A program made the position numbers and the translations under genes. A stretch of 64,000 bases of DNA from an uncultured delta proteobacterium (GTDB taxonomy: Bacteria > Desulfobacterota > Binatia > HRBIN30 > BPIQ01): assembly GCA_963761335.1 (NCBI GenBank), contig CAVXGR010000011.1, forward strand, positions 128,001 through 192,000, in the 5' to 3' direction. Of this stretch, positions 1 through 11,004 are shown piece after piece. Position 1 is the stretch's first letter. Every line of letters starts with the position of its first letter. The notes beneath the pieces were generated by a model. The model saw nothing but the letters and a program-made list of their open reading frames with translations. It was not told the origin of the DNA and searched no databases.

Positions 1-834
1 CGCCTTGGAGGCACGGGACGGCTCGTCATCCTTCCCGTGGATCAGGGGTTCGAGCACGGTCCGGCGCGCAGCTTCGCGCCCAATCCGCCCGCCTACAACC
101 CTCACTACCACTTCGATCTGGCCCTGGAGGCGGGATGCAACGGCTACGCCGCGCCTCTCGGGTTCCTGGAGGCGGGCGCCGCCGACTACGCCGGCGAGCT
201 GCCGCTGATCCTGAAGCTCAACAACTCCGATTCCCTCTACTCGGGCAAGGACCCGTGTCCGGCGCTCACCGGCAGCGTCGACGACGCCCTGCGCCTCGGT
301 TGCGTCGCCATCGGCTTCACCATCTATCCGGGATCGGCTCTGCGCAACGACATGTACGGCGAGATCCGCGTGCTCGCCGAGGAAGCCAAGCGCAAGGGGC
401 TGGCAGTGGTGGTCTGGTCGTATCCCCGGGGCGCGGCTCTCTCGAAGGAAGGGGAAACCGCCATTGACATCGTCTGCTATGCGGCACAGATCGCCGCGCA
501 GCTGGGCGCGCACCTGATCAAGGTAAAGCCGCCGACGGCGCACATCGACCAGGACGCGGCGAAGAAGGTGTACGAGAAGTACAAGGTGCCGATCGGAACG
601 CTCGCCGAGCGCGTCCGCCACGTCGTGCAGAGCGCCTTCGACGGCCGCCGCATCGTCATCTTCTCCGGAGGCGAGGCGAAGGAAACCGACGCGATCTTCG
701 ACGAGGTCCGCGCCATCCGCGACGGCGGCGGCTTCGGCTCGATCATCGGGCGCAACTCGTTCCAGCGCCCGCGCGAAGAGGCCGTGAAGTTCCTGCAGAC
801 GGTAATGGACATCTACGCCGGCAAGGCGAAGTGA
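1..834 (+). CDS. fbaB: Class I fructose-bisphosphate aldolase (DhnA/FbaB type), 5'-truncated by the window edge
   Basis: The frame is open from base 1 (RLGGTGRLVILPVDQGFEHGP...). Motifs LPVDQGFEHGP, LILKLN, WSYPRG, IKVK and GSIIGRNSFQRP are typical of this family. Next to glpX. Confidence 0.92.
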   Translation, partial: RLGGTGRLVILPVDQGFEHGPARSFAPNPPAYNPHYHFDLALEAGCNGYAAPLGFLEAGAADYAGELPLILKLNNSDSLYSGKDPCPALTGSVDDALRLGCVAIGFTIYPGSALRNDMYGEIRVLAEEAKRKGLAVVVWSYPRGAALSKEGETAIDIVCYAAQIAAQLGAHLIKVKPPTAHIDQDAAKKVYEKYKVPIGTLAERVRHVVQSAFDGRRIVIFSGGEAKETDAIFDEVRAIRDGGGFGSIIGRNSFQRPREEAVKFLQTVMDIYAGKAK

Positions 835-881
835 GCGACGCCAGAGCACGACCCGATCATTCGAGCGAAAGGATTTGACCC

Positions 882-1877
882 ATGCACATTGAACCACTGC
901 TGTCGCGCGAGTTCCTCCGCGTCGTCGAGGAGGCCGCCGTGGCCGCCGCCCGCACCATGGGCCAGGGCGACCGCAAGCATGCCGACCACGTCGCCGTCGA
1001 GGCGATGCGCAAGGCCATGGACACCCTTCCGATGCGCGGCACCGTGGTCATCGGCGAAGGCGAGCGCGACGAGGCACCGATGCTCTTCATCGGCGAGAAG
1101 GTCGGCCGCGCCCAGGAAGGCGACCCCGAGGTGGCAATCGCCGTCGATCCCCTGGAGGGGACCAATCTCTGCGCTACCGGATCTCCCGGTGCGATCGCGG
1201 TGCTGGCCGCTTCCCCGAAAGGTGGGCTGCTCGAGGCGCCGGACTGCTACATGGAAAAGATCATCGTCGGTCCGGCCGCCAAGGGCCACGTGCATCTCGA
1301 CGCCGGCGTGGCGGAGAACCTGCGGGCAATCGCCTCCTGCCTGCACCGCGCCGTCACCGACCTGGTGGTCATTGTCCTCGATCGGCCGCGCCACGAGAAG
1401 CTGATCAGCGAGATCCGCACCGCCGGAGCCCGCATCCGCCTGATCTCGGACGGCGATCTTTCCGCAGGCATCTCCGCCGCGGTGCGCGGCACCAACGTGC
1501 ACGCGGTCATGGGCACCGGCGGCGCTCCGGAAGGGGTGCTCACCGCCGCCGCCCTGCGCTGCCTGAACGGCGGCATGGAGGGCCGGCTGGTCCCTTTCAA
1601 GCCGGGCGCCGAAGAGCGCCAGAAGTTCGAGAAGCGGCTGGCGAGCATGCGGATCACCGATGCCAACCGCATCTACTCGGAGAGGGACCTGGCGCCCGCC
1701 TCCGAGATCATCTTCGCCGCCTCGGGAGTGACCGACGGCGCCATGCTGCGCGGCGTCCGCTTTTTCGGCCACGGGCACCGCACCAACTCGCTGCTGATCT
1801 CGCTGCGCGACCGCATGGTGCGCTTCGTCGACACCGTGCACCTCACCGACGCGCCCGGTGCCGTGGTCGAGTTCTGA
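882..1877 (+). CDS. glpX: Class II fructose-1,6-bisphosphatase
   Basis: Motifs [42 protein letters not shown] and SGVTDG. Confidence 0.96.
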   Translation: MHIEPLLSREFLRVVEEAAVAAARTMGQGDRKHADHVAVEAMRKAMDTLPMRGTVVIGEGERDEAPMLFIGEKVGRAQEGDPEVAIAVDPLEGTNLCATGSPGAIAVLAASPKGGLLEAPDCYMEKIIVGPAAKGHVHLDAGVAENLRAIASCLHRAVTDLVVIVLDRPRHEKLISEIRTAGARIRLISDGDLSAGISAAVRGTNVHAVMGTGGAPEGVLTAAALRCLNGGMEGRLVPFKPGAEERQKFEKRLASMRITDANRIYSERDLAPASEIIFAASGVTDGAMLRGVRFFGHGHRTNSLLISLRDRMVRFVDTVHLTDAPGAVVEF

Positions 1878-1881
1878 GTCG

Positions 1882-3111
1882 ATGTCGAAAGCGGCGCCCA
1901 GCGACGCCGGTGTGACCCGCGGCCGCGACCTGGAGGCGTTGAAGGCGCGTGTCTGTGCGCGGGTCGATGCCGAGGCCGCCGCGCTCACCGAGCTGAGCGC
2001 CCGCATCCACGCCTCCCCCGAGCTCAAGTTCGACGAGCACCGCGCCTCGGCGTGGCTGGCCGACTACCTCGAGAGCGCCGGCTTTGCGGTGCAGAGAGGC
2101 GCCTGCGGAATGCCGACGGCGTTCGTCGCTCGCCTCGGCAGCGGCGCACCGAAGGTGGCGGTGCTCTGCGAGTACGATGCCCTGCCGGGCATCGGCCACG
2201 CCTGCGGGCACAACATCATCGCCACCGCGGGCGCCGGTGCCGGCGCCGCCCTGGCCACCGTCTTGGCGCAGATCGGCGGCTCGGTGCTGGTGCTCGGCAC
2301 GCCGGCGGAAGAGGGCGGCGGCGGCAAGATCCTCATGGCCCGCCAGGGCGCCTTCGACGGCGTCGATGCGGCGATGATGGTGCATCCGGCCGGCCTCGAC
2401 CTGGTGTCCATGAAAGTATTGGCGATCAGCCAGCTCCAGGTGGTCTATCGCGGCCGCGCCGCACACGCCTCGGCATTCCCGCATCACGGCATCAACGCCC
2501 TCGACGCCATGGTCACCGCATACGGCGCCGTCGCCCAGCTGCGCCAGCACATCCGCCCCACGGAGCGCATTCACGGCATCATCACCGACGGCGGCCAGGC
2601 GCCCAACGTCGTGCCGGAGCGGGCCGCCGGAGTCTTCTACATTCGCGCCGCCAACGAGCGTCATCTGGAAGTGTTGAAGAAACGCGTGCAGGCCTGCTTC
2701 GAGGCCGGCGCCCTGGCCACCGGAGCGCAGCTGGAGATGGACAGCACCGAGCCCGACTACGCCGACATGGTGACCAACGGTCCCCTCGCCGCGGCGTACG
2801 TGGCCAATATGGAGCGCATCGGACGACAGGTCATGGAGCCCAATGATCTGACCAACGCCATCGCCGGCAGCACCGACATGGGAAACGTCAGCAAGATCGC
2901 CCCCTCCATCCACCCGATGATCGCTGCGGCGCCGCTCCATGTGCCCCTGCACTCGGCGGAGTTCGCCGAGTGGGCGGGCTCGGAGAGTGGCCGGCGCGCG
3001 GTCATCGACGGAGCCAAGGCGCTGGCGATGACCGCTGTCGACGTGCTGGCGCGCCCCGAGCTGGCCAGTGCGGTGCGCGAGGCTTTCGAGGCCGCGCGCG
3101 AGCCGCGCTAG
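1882..3111 (+). CDS. M20 family amidohydrolase/metallopeptidase
   Basis: Motifs HASPEL, EYDALPGIGHACGHN, GTPAEEGGGGK, MVHP and GSTDMGNVS. ATG at 1882 follows the glpX stop. Confidence 0.92.
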   Translation: MSKAAPSDAGVTRGRDLEALKARVCARVDAEAAALTELSARIHASPELKFDEHRASAWLADYLESAGFAVQRGACGMPTAFVARLGSGAPKVAVLCEYDALPGIGHACGHNIIATAGAGAGAALATVLAQIGGSVLVLGTPAEEGGGGKILMARQGAFDGVDAAMMVHPAGLDLVSMKVLAISQLQVVYRGRAAHASAFPHHGINALDAMVTAYGAVAQLRQHIRPTERIHGIITDGGQAPNVVPERAAGVFYIRAANERHLEVLKKRVQACFEAGALATGAQLEMDSTEPDYADMVTNGPLAAAYVANMERIGRQVMEPNDLTNAIAGSTDMGNVSKIAPSIHPMIAAAPLHVPLHSAEFAEWAGSESGRRAVIDGAKALAMTAVDVLARPELASAVREAFEAAREPR

Positions 3112-3135
3112 AGCCCGGCTCGTCCATGGCGCCGT

Positions 3136-5571
3136 TCACGGCGCCATGGAGAACAGCTCCCCGATCACCTGATTGAGGTCCACGCCGTCGACGTGGCCGT
3201 CGCCGTTGGTATCGGCCGCGCCGCACGCGCCGCTGTTCCCGGCGCCGATGGCGAGCAGCACGCTGGTGACGTCGGCGGCGGAACGCCGGCCGTCGCAGTT
3301 GGCGTCGGCGAGGACTGGCGGCGTCGGACTGACGCTCGGCGAGGCAGAGGAGCTCGGGGTTGCCGAGGCCGTCGGGCTGGGTGAAGCGGTCGAGGTGGGT
3401 GTCGGAGTCGAGGAGGGAATGGGCGTTGAAGTCACCGAGGCGGTAGCGCTGGCCGTCGGCGACGGCGTCGCGGTTGCGGTTTCCGTGGCGGTTCGAGTGA
3501 TCGTCGCGGTTCGCGTCGCCGTCGCTGTCGCCGTCGTCGTCGGTGTCGCGGTGACCGTCACCGTGGCGCTCCCGGTCGGCGTCGGTGTCGAGGTCTTGGT
3601 GCTCGTTGGCGTGATGCTCGGAGTCGCGGTCTCGGTCGGCGTCGGCGTGATCGTTGGCGTCGGCGTCGGTGTCGAGGTCTTGGTGCTCGTTGGCGTGACG
3701 CTCGGAGTCGCGGTCTCGGTCGGCGTCGGCGTGATCGTTGGCGTCGCCGTCGGTGGCTCGGTGCACGGCGCCGTTACGGGCACACTTCTGCACCCGAGGG
3801 TGGGATCACAGGAGTCGGCGGTGCACACCAGCCCGTCGTCGCAGTTCTCGAGCTTGCAGAACGCCGAGCAGCCGTCACAGCTGAGCGGCGTGCCGGTGTT
3901 GTTGTCGCATTCTTCCGGAAACTCGACGGCGTGGTCACCGCAGGTCGGACACGGCAGCAGACAGCTCACCTGATGGTCGGCCGTGCACGGCGGCACCGCG
4001 GCCACCGTCGGCGGCGGCGCGATGTTGCCCAGGGTGACGGCGCCGCCGGGCGGGTAGTCGAGGGAGACCTCGCCGTTCTCACATGCAACTCCTTGGCAAT
4101 TGGACATGGGACCGTGAGCCGAAGTAATCGTGCCGCTGTTGCTGAATGCCTTGCGAGCCGTGAGGGAGATCTGGCCGCCATCCATGCCGACCGTGGTGAT
4201 CGAACCGTCGGCCGACACCGTGAGGTTACAGCCGATCGCCTCGACGTATCCTCCCGCCGAGCATCCGTAGTAGTAGTCGCAGCGCGCCGAGTTGCCGCCG
4301 GCATCGATGGTCCCGGAAATGGCGAGCGAGCCGCGCGTCGACAAAGCCCCGGCCTCGACTGACACGGAGCCGCCGATGGCTCCGAAGTTTCGTCCCAGCG
4401 CAGTGATCGTTCCCTGGACGTCGATATCGCTGCTGGCGCTGATGTCGATGCAGCCGCCTCCGGCGCCGCCGCTGGCGTCGACCGTTCCAAGATGGCTGAA
4501 AGAGGTGTCCGCCTCGATGCAGATCTCTCCGCCGCAGCCGTCAGTGCCGTTGCCGCGCACCGACACCTGTGCCGCCTTCGCGATATTGATGGCGCCGTGC
4601 GCCGTCAAACCGATCTCGCCACCGGGCCCGTCCACCGGCCCACCCTCGGCAGTGATGTTGTTGTCGACGTCGATGTTGCCGAAATCCGCTTCGATGCACA
4701 CGAAGCCGCCGCAGCCGCCGCCGTCCGTCCCGGCGGTGCCGTCGATCTGAAGCTTCGAGAGGAGGTGCACGCCAGTCCCGGCGATAATGTTCGCAGATCC
4801 GCCGCTGCCCGCATCTCCCTCGCCGGTAGCATTCACGCTCGACACCACGGCGCTCTGACCGGCCTCGGCGCAGAAGTTGCCTCCGTCGCTGCCACTCACG
4901 TCGATGGCGGGCGTGCGCAGATCGATCAGGCGCCCGGCGGTGAACTCCACATCGCCGCCGCCGTTGGAGCTGTTGCCGCCGGCGGCGGTGATCGTCGACA
5001 GGGTCGTGCTGGTGATGTCGAGGCCGGCGGTGACCAGAATGGTGCCGCCGTCAGCGGCAGGTATGCGCATGCCGGCATCGAGCTTGCCGAGAATCGACAC
5101 CGAGCCGCCCGCGTCGATGATGATCGTGCCTCCCGAAGAGCGCCCCGACACGTCGATATGACCGGCAGTGGCGCCGGAGGTATTGGAAATGGTGAGGTCG
5201 CCTGTGACCTGAATCTGGACGTAGCCGCCAACGTCGTTGGGAGCGGCGCTATTGCCAATCCCTTCGATGGCGCCGCCGGTGCCCACCGTTAGCTTGCCGG
5301 CCTTGAGCACCATCATCCCGGACCCGATCTTGAGGTTGCCCCCGGAGCCAATGGAGACGATGCGGCTGCCGAAATCGAGCGTGCAGCCGTCGCCGATGTC
5401 ATAGCTATGAGTGATCGAGCAGGTGCCGGTACCGCCAGGGCAGCCGGCCTCCTGGGCGACGATGTCGGCGGCGGTGCAGGCCGTCAGCGCCAGCGCCGGA
5501 CGCGTGCCGGCGACGGCGACGAGCCCCAGCGCCGCCAGCAGCAGCAGCGACGGCCGGCTCACGGCGCGCAT
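3136..5571 (-). CDS. Secreted multidomain protein: signal peptide, Gly-rich beta-helix-like repeats, Cys-rich module, long Thr/Pro linker, C-terminal dockerin/EF-hand-like domain
   Basis: Hydrophobic N-terminal signal ending in ALA, repeated GGxIxI motifs, [11 protein letters not shown] and [14 protein letters not shown], a TPTPT tract, and C-terminal DANCDG...[12 protein letters not shown]. Confidence 0.8.
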   Translation of the reverse strand: MRAVSRPSLLLLAALGLVAVAGTRPALALTACTAADIVAQEAGCPGGTGTCSITHSYDIGDGCTLDFGSRIVSIGSGGNLKIGSGMMVLKAGKLTVGTGGAIEGIGNSAAPNDVGGYVQIQVTGDLTISNTSGATAGHIDVSGRSSGGTIIIDAGGSVSILGKLDAGMRIPAADGGTILVTAGLDITSTTLSTITAAGGNSSNGGGDVEFTAGRLIDLRTPAIDVSGSDGGNFCAEAGQSAVVSSVNATGEGDAGSGGSANIIAGTGVHLLSKLQIDGTAGTDGGGCGGFVCIEADFGNIDVDNNITAEGGPVDGPGGEIGLTAHGAINIAKAAQVSVRGNGTDGCGGEICIEADTSFSHLGTVDASGGAGGGCIDISASSDIDVQGTITALGRNFGAIGGSVSVEAGALSTRGSLAISGTIDAGGNSARCDYYYGCSAGGYVEAIGCNLTVSADGSITTVGMDGGQISLTARKAFSNSGTITSAHGPMSNCQGVACENGEVSLDYPPGGAVTLGNIAPPPTVAAVPPCTADHQVSCLLPCPTCGDHAVEFPEECDNNTGTPLSCDGCSAFCKLENCDDGLVCTADSCDPTLGCRSVPVTAPCTEPPTATPTITPTPTETATPSVTPTSTKTSTPTPTPTITPTPTETATPSITPTSTKTSTPTPTGSATVTVTATPTTTATATATRTATITRTATETATATPSPTASATASVTSTPIPSSTPTPTSTASPSPTASATPSSSASPSVSPTPPVLADANCDGRRSAADVTSVLLAIGAGNSGACGAADTNGDGHVDGVDLNQVIGELFSMAP
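3575..3744. repeat. 84-bp (28-codon) tandem duplication within the Thr/Pro linker
   Basis: GTCGGTGTCGAGGTCTTGG occurs at 3581 and 3665. The protein shows [15 protein letters not shown][V/I][12 protein letters not shown] twice. Confidence 0.85.
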
Positions 5572-6524
5572 GGCACACCCCCGATCTCACACTGCACTGT
5601 CTGCCGCTGCTGCCCCGTGCCCTGGTTGCCCGTACCCTGGTTGCCGCCCCCGTCCTCCATCCCCGCGCCCCACACCAGTATCCCGTTCCGCCCGTTGTCC
5701 TCCGCCCGGTTGCCCTGCAGCCGCAGATCCCCCCCCATCCCCCAGATCCCGTCGGTGCCGTTCTCCACCGCCGTGCATCCCTCCACGTCCATGTTCATCG
5801 CGTTCAGCTGCACCCCCGCCTTGCCGCTCCCCATCGCCTGGCAGTCCAGCAGCCGATGCCCCGAGCCCATGATGTGAAACCCCGAGTCCTTGCTCCCCAC
5901 CGCCTCCGCGCCGGCGTTCGTCTCCCCCAGCTGCCCGTCCTGCCCGAGCACGAAGTACCCGTACCTGCCGCTCCCCACCGCCCGTGTCGTGCTCAGCCAG
6001 AACCCCTTCCCCCGCAGCCAGAAACCGTCCTGTCCCGAGTCCCACACCTCTGTTTCGCGGATCTCGTAGTCCGAAGAGAACACCCGGATGCCGTCCCGCC
6101 CGCTGTGCGTCACCACCAGATCGGCGATCACCGACACCGCGTTCGCCCCGTGCGCCGACACCCCGTCGTGAAAGCCGTCGATCAGCGCCGGACCGTTGCT
6201 GCTCAAAAGCCGCGCCCCGCTCGGCCCTCCGTAGATCAGCCACACCCCCGAGCCCCGCCCGCTGCCGTGCAGCGCGTGCCCGTGCAGATCCACCGTCACG
6301 ACCTTCGCCCCGCTCCCGGCGCGTACGATCAGCCCGTTGCCCGGGCACACCGTCGTGGTCACCGGGTCGTCCCCCAACACCACGTCGCTCGCCACCACGT
6401 CGCCGCATGCACACGGCACGTCGCGCCCCCCCACGTCGTCGCCGCACAGCTTCGCCTCGCTGATTCCCGCGGCGAGAAGCAGGAGTGCAGCCACGGACAG
6501 TCCCAGCCTCAATTGCGTTCGCAT
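5559..6524 (-). CDS. Secreted right-handed parallel beta-helix repeat protein
   Basis: Likely start [24 protein letters not shown] (signal peptide), then [13 protein letters not shown] and repeated N/SGxxGI turns. Overlaps the start of the downstream gene. Confidence 0.75.
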   Translation of the reverse strand: MRTQLRLGLSVAALLLLAAGISEAKLCGDDVGGRDVPCACGDVVASDVVLGDDPVTTTVCPGNGLIVRAGSGAKVVTVDLHGHALHGSGRGSGVWLIYGGPSGARLLSSNGPALIDGFHDGVSAHGANAVSVIADLVVTHSGRDGIRVFSSDYEIRETEVWDSGQDGFWLRGKGFWLSTTRAVGSGRYGYFVLGQDGQLGETNAGAEAVGSKDSGFHIMGSGHRLLDCQAMGSGKAGVQLNAMNMDVEGCTAVENGTDGIWGMGGDLRLQGNRAEDNGRNGILVWGAGMEDGGGNQGTGNQGTGQQRQTVQCEIGGVPCAP

Positions 6525-6776
6525 CGTCACATGTACCCCACTACTTCCGCCCCCAGCCCCACGGCGACCGACCGCGTCCGCTGCTGCAAATCGCGATGAG
6601 GTGCCACGGCGCGTTGACGTTGTGTTTACGAGAAGAGTTGATCGCCTCGCTCGCGGCCCCGGATCATCCGAGGCTAATTCGACAAGCAACAGCTGTCAAT
6701 CATCGATCACCGGCGCGCTTTGCCTTGCCTGTTGCGGCGTGACATGTGCTGGGCACGGGCAGGGCGCGGGAGCTCC

Positions 6777-7631
6777 CTAGCGATCGCTCCGCTTCTCGGC
6801 GAGGACCTGGCGCGCCTTTGCGGCGACCGCGGCGACCAGATGCCCCATCTTTGGGTGCTCGGGCTCGACGTCGACGGGCATGCCGTGGCGCCGCACGGCG
6901 TCGCTGCAGATAGGGCCGATGGAGGCGACCAGGACGCGCCGGACGGCGGCGCGCAGCGGCGCCGACAGTTGGGTCTCTGCGGCGATGCGAACGACGTGCT
7001 CCACCTGCGTGGCGCTGGTGAAGAGAACGGCGTCGGCGCCGCCGCCGGCGAGCAGGCGCACCGCTTCTCGCAGCGGCCCGGTATCCTCCGGGAGCTCCCA
7101 ACGATACACGGGAACCCGCAGCACCTCGGCGCCGCGTTGCTCGAGGCCGCGGAGTAGCTCCTCGTTGGTCACGCCGTACTCCTGAACGGCGACCCGCCGT
7201 CCGGCGAGCGGCACAGCGGCATCGAGCGACGCCAGCAGATCGCGCCAGGTGTTCGGCTCGGGCACGGTGAGCTGTGGCCGCAGCCCGAGCTCCCGCAACG
7301 CCGCCACCGGCTTGGGTCCGCGGGCGACGAGCACGAGGCGGCTCAGCAGCTCCGCCAGCCGCGCCGGCGGAACCGTCTCTGCGGCCGCTTGTGCCAAGGC
7401 GCGCATGCCGACGCCCGTCAGCGCGATCAAGACGTCGAGGGCACCGGCCTCGAGACGCGCCAGAAAGTCGGCGACCGCAGAAGCGTCGCGCAGCGGCACC
7501 TCGCGCATCGAAGGCGCCACCACGGGAACCCCTCCATGGCGGCGAATCAGCTCCGCCATCTCCGCACCCCGCCGGCTCTCGAAAGACACGACGGTGAGTC
7601 CCTGCAAAGCTCCCGCTGCGACGCTCGCCAT
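6777..7631 (-). CDS. hemD: Uroporphyrinogen-III synthase
   Basis: Motifs VVSFESRR, APSMREVP, LTGVG, VARGPKP, VPVYRWELP, FTSATQV, SIGPICS and HPKMG. Confidence 0.88.
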   Translation of the reverse strand: MASVAAGALQGLTVVSFESRRGAEMAELIRRHGGVPVVAPSMREVPLRDASAVADFLARLEAGALDVLIALTGVGMRALAQAAAETVPPARLAELLSRLVLVARGPKPVAALRELGLRPQLTVPEPNTWRDLLASLDAAVPLAGRRVAVQEYGVTNEELLRGLEQRGAEVLRVPVYRWELPEDTGPLREAVRLLAGGGADAVLFTSATQVEHVVRIAAETQLSAPLRAAVRRVLVASIGPICSDAVRRHGMPVDVEPEHPKMGHLVAAVAAKARQVLAEKRSDR

Positions 7632-7772
7632 GATCGCAACGATTGAATGGCGCCGCCGCCCCGGTCAACCCCTCCTTCTTCCGCGCCCGCGCCCCTGCCC
7701 GGTCCCCCCCCGGCCCGCCACCGGAAGACGGGCGCAGGCGCGGAGGAGAGCGGATGTGCTATTCGGCTCCGC

Positions 7773-8420
7773 ATGAAGGACGTTCTCGTCGTGATGGCGC
7801 GAGCGCCGGTCCGCGGCGCCGTGAAGACGCGGCTGGCGCGGCGTATTGGCGAGCAGGCGGCGTTCGAACTCTACTGCGCCTTTCTGCGCGACATTGCCGA
7901 ACGCCTCGAGGACGCGTCGTGGCGTCTGCTCTGGGCGGTGTATCCGCCGGGGGCAGATCTCGCGCCGGCGCTCGCAGGCACGACGCAGTGTATCGGGCAG
8001 CGGGGCGGCGATCTCGCCGAGCGCATGCGCCACTGCTTCGAGGATCTGCTGCGGCAGGCACGCCGGGTCGTGATGATCGGCGCCGATGCCCCGCACCTGA
8101 GCCGCGGCGACATCGCCGCGGCCTTCGCCGCGCTCGAGGGGGCCGACGTCGCCCTCAAGCCGGCGCGCGACGGCGGCTACTGCCTCATCGGCCTGCGCGC
8201 CGCCCACGACCTCTTTTCCGGCGTCGACATGGGAACGCCGGCGGTATTGGCGCAGACGAGGGCGCGCCTCGATAGTCTCGGGCTGCGCGCCGTTCTCCTC
8301 GCGCCCAGCTTCGACGTCGACGAGCTCGAGGACCTCGCGGTGCTCGAGTCCCTACTGGCGGGCGGCACCGCCTCGTTGAGACATACCGGTGCCGCGCTGT
8401 CGCGACTCGGCCGCCTATGA
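7773..8420 (+). CDS. DUF2064/TIGR04282-like CofC-fold nucleotidyl/glycosyltransferase
   Basis: Motifs MARAPVRGAVKTRL, QRGGDLAERM, IGADAP, PARDGGYCLIG and FDVDELEDL. Confidence 0.85.
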   Translation: MKDVLVVMARAPVRGAVKTRLARRIGEQAAFELYCAFLRDIAERLEDASWRLLWAVYPPGADLAPALAGTTQCIGQRGGDLAERMRHCFEDLLRQARRVVMIGADAPHLSRGDIAAAFAALEGADVALKPARDGGYCLIGLRAAHDLFSGVDMGTPAVLAQTRARLDSLGLRAVLLAPSFDVDELEDLAVLESLLAGGTASLRHTGAALSRLGRL

Positions 8421-10592
8421 GCCGCCGCGCTCCGATACCACCGGCGTCACCGTGGCCGGTGCGGCGGCGTTGGGGCTGTTGTTGCCGCGCCGCCCGTGGC
8501 GCTTGCGCCCGCGCCCCCGAGGCCGGCGGCGACGCTGCTTGCGCTGCGGCCGCGCGATCGGCTGCCAGAAGGTCGAGGGACGTTCCGGAGCGCCACGGCA
8601 GACGTCGCAGAGGCCGCACGGCTCGCCCTCCTCCTCGCCGAAGTAGCGGCGCAGAAAGACGGCGCGGCACTCCTTTGTATGGGCATACTCGGCAACCGTG
8701 TCGAGGCGCCTCGAGTCCTGCGTCCGCAGGGTGACGAAGCGGCCGGCGAGACTGCGCGCCTGCTCCTCGAACTCGGAGGCGGGGACGTTGATGCGGATCC
8801 CGGACTCGTCGTCGGTGAGCAGACCCGCCTCCTCCAGAACGACGAGGAGAGCCTTGGTCTGCCGCTCGCCGAGCTGCGCCGAGAGGGTCAGTGCCTCCAT
8901 GCTGGGGACACGGTCCTCTCCCGCCCAGGCGACCAACGCCGCGGCGAGACGATAGAGCTGGTCGGGGCGGATACGGCTCGTCTGCAGCAGCGCCTCGTGC
9001 GTCTCCCGGTCCTTGGCGTCGTACATGAGGACGCAGTTGGCCTTGCGGCCGTCGCGGCCGGCGCGCCCCGCCTCCTGAACGTACTGCTCGAGAGAGGCCG
9101 GGGCGGTGTAGTGGACGATGTAGCGGATGTTGGGCTTGTCGATGCCCAGCCCGAAGGCGCTGGTGGCCACCATGATGGTGCGGCGGCCCGGCCGCATGTA
9201 CATCTCCTGCTCGTGATTGCGCTCGCTGCCGGACATCCGACCGTGGTAGCGGTGCACCGGCATGCGGAGCAGCTTGAGCGCCATGTAGAGGTTGTCGACA
9301 TCCTTGGTGGTCGTGCAGTAGATGATGCCCGGGCGGCGCAGGCGGCTGGCGAAGCGGCTCAAGCCGCGCAGGCGCTCGTTGCCGGAGATCTCCATCACCT
9401 CGAAGGCCAGGTTGGCGCGGTGCGGCGAGGCGGCCACCACCTCGGGATTGCGCATGCCGAGGTAGCGGATGATGTCGTCGCGCACCGCCTTGGTGGCGGT
9501 GGCGGTCAGCGCCAGGACCGGCGGCGAGCCGAGCTCCTTCAGCCGCTCGCCCAAGGCGATGTACGCGGGCCGGAAGTCGTGTCCCCACTCCGAGATGCAG
9601 TGCGCCTCGTCGACGGCGGCAAGGGAGATCCCCGAGGCGGTAAGCGCCTCGCCGAGCTCGGCGCCGGCGAGGCTCTCGGGCGTGGTCATCACCAGCATCG
9701 AGCCTCCGGCGGCGATGCGCTTCAGCTCCTCGCGGCGCGCCACGCCGCGCACGGTGCCGTCGATGCGCGCCACCGGAATGCGGCGCGCCAGCAGCTTCTC
9801 GTGCTGGTCGCGAATCAGGGCCAGCAGCGGCGATACCAGAACCACCGGCTTGGGCAGTACCATCGAGGGTACCTGGTAACAGACCGACTTGCCGAAGCCG
9901 GTCGGCAGCACGACCAGCACGTCGTGACCGGCGAACGAGGCGGTGACCGCCCGCTCCTGCTCTGCGTAGAGCTGCCGAATGCCGAGGCGCTGTGCCGCCA
10001 GACGCGAGCTGCGCAGCGGATCACCGCCGCGCACTGCGGCCGGAGCGCTGCTCCTGCTCCTCGGCGGCGGCATCTCGACCCGGGCGATCTCGGCAATCTC
10101 GGCGAGCGGTTCCGGCGCAGCCAGAGGCTCCACGGCGACGAGGTCGGCGGAGACCAGCGGCCGCGGCGGCGGCAGGGCCTCGCTCGAGACCAGCGGTTGC
10201 GGCGCAGCGAGCGGCGGCGGCGGCGCGACGAGCAGCGGTCGGGGAGCGACGGTTTTGGCCGGCGCCGTCGGCTTTGGCGGAGCAGCCGTTTCCGCCTCGA
10301 CCTCCGCCGGCGGTGCCGCCAGCGGCTCGACCGCGACCTCCGCTGACTCCGCTTTCCTGGTCACCCGCTTCGCCGTGGTCTTCGGCTTGGACTCCTTCGG
10401 CTTCGGCGTCTTGGGTTTCGCCTCGCGGAGCTTTGCCGCCTTGGGTTTCGCCTCGCGGAGCCTCGCCGCCTTGGGCTCCTCGGGCGCCTTGGGCTTCGCC
10501 TCCCGGAGCTTCGGCGCCTTGACCGCCTTGGCCTCCTTGGACTTCGTCTGTCTCACTCGTTTCGGCTTCGCGACTTCTGCATTCGCACTCAT
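8415..10592 (-). CDS. recQ: RecQ family ATP-dependent DNA helicase with Lys/Ala/Pro-rich N-terminal extension
   Basis: Motifs LPTGFGKS, VDEAHCISEWGHDFRPAY, ALTATAT, ATSAFGLGIDKPNIR and YVQEAGRAGRDG, plus Zn-binding CR...CGLCDVC. Confidence 0.92.
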   Translation of the reverse strand: MSANAEVAKPKRVRQTKSKEAKAVKAPKLREAKPKAPEEPKAARLREAKPKAAKLREAKPKTPKPKESKPKTTAKRVTRKAESAEVAVEPLAAPPAEVEAETAAPPKPTAPAKTVAPRPLLVAPPPPLAAPQPLVSSEALPPPRPLVSADLVAVEPLAAPEPLAEIAEIARVEMPPPRSRSSAPAAVRGGDPLRSSRLAAQRLGIRQLYAEQERAVTASFAGHDVLVVLPTGFGKSVCYQVPSMVLPKPVVLVSPLLALIRDQHEKLLARRIPVARIDGTVRGVARREELKRIAAGGSMLVMTTPESLAGAELGEALTASGISLAAVDEAHCISEWGHDFRPAYIALGERLKELGSPPVLALTATATKAVRDDIIRYLGMRNPEVVAASPHRANLAFEVMEISGNERLRGLSRFASRLRRPGIIYCTTTKDVDNLYMALKLLRMPVHRYHGRMSGSERNHEQEMYMRPGRRTIMVATSAFGLGIDKPNIRYIVHYTAPASLEQYVQEAGRAGRDGRKANCVLMYDAKDRETHEALLQTSRIRPDQLYRLAAALVAWAGEDRVPSMEALTLSAQLGERQTKALLVVLEEAGLLTDDESGIRINVPASEFEEQARSLAGRFVTLRTQDSRRLDTVAEYAHTKECRAVFLRRYFGEEEGEPCGLCDVCRGAPERPSTFWQPIARPQRKQRRRRPRGRGRKRHGRRGNNSPNAAAPATVTPVVSERGGS

Positions 10593-10918
10593 GACTGCCT
10601 CCGCCTGCCACTGCCAGCGCTACTGCTCCCGGGCCGCCCGCACTGGAAATCAGCGCGGCAACGCGGCGTCCGTCAGCAGCGTGCCCGGCGCGGCAGGCTG
10701 GTATCCTCCACTTGCCAGGCCACGCGATCCGCGCGTGTCGAGACTCTCCTTAAACTTGATTCGCGCGCCGGACCCTGAAGCGGCACTGCGTTGGCCCGGC
10801 GGGTTCGCCTCCTCTGCCCAGGGCCTTCGCCCGTGCCGGAGGAAGCATTTCAGCTAAGTCCTTGTAGCCTGGAACTCGTCGGATTCCAAGGGCCGAATGG
10901 TTTTCCGCGGAAATTCCC

Positions 10919-11004
10919 GCAGACGAGCCGTCCCGGCTCATCCCGAAGGCCGAAGTAGAAGCGCCGTCCCGGCGCTTTCCGAAGCGGCGAGACGCCGCTT
11001 CCAC
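10919..11004. repeat. REP/REPIN-like palindromic cluster
   Basis: GTAG-AAGCGCCG-TCC-CGGCGCTT (10955) faces GAAGCGGCG-AGA-CGCCGCTTC-CAC (10981-11004). A third variant GCAG-ACGAGCCG-TCC-CGGCTCAT starts at 10919. Confidence 0.7.

Noticed and set aside
6585..6607. Sigma54 promoter for the beta-helix gene (TGGCAC on the minus strand)
   Set aside because: The GG-to-GC spacing is 9 rather than the required 10 nt.
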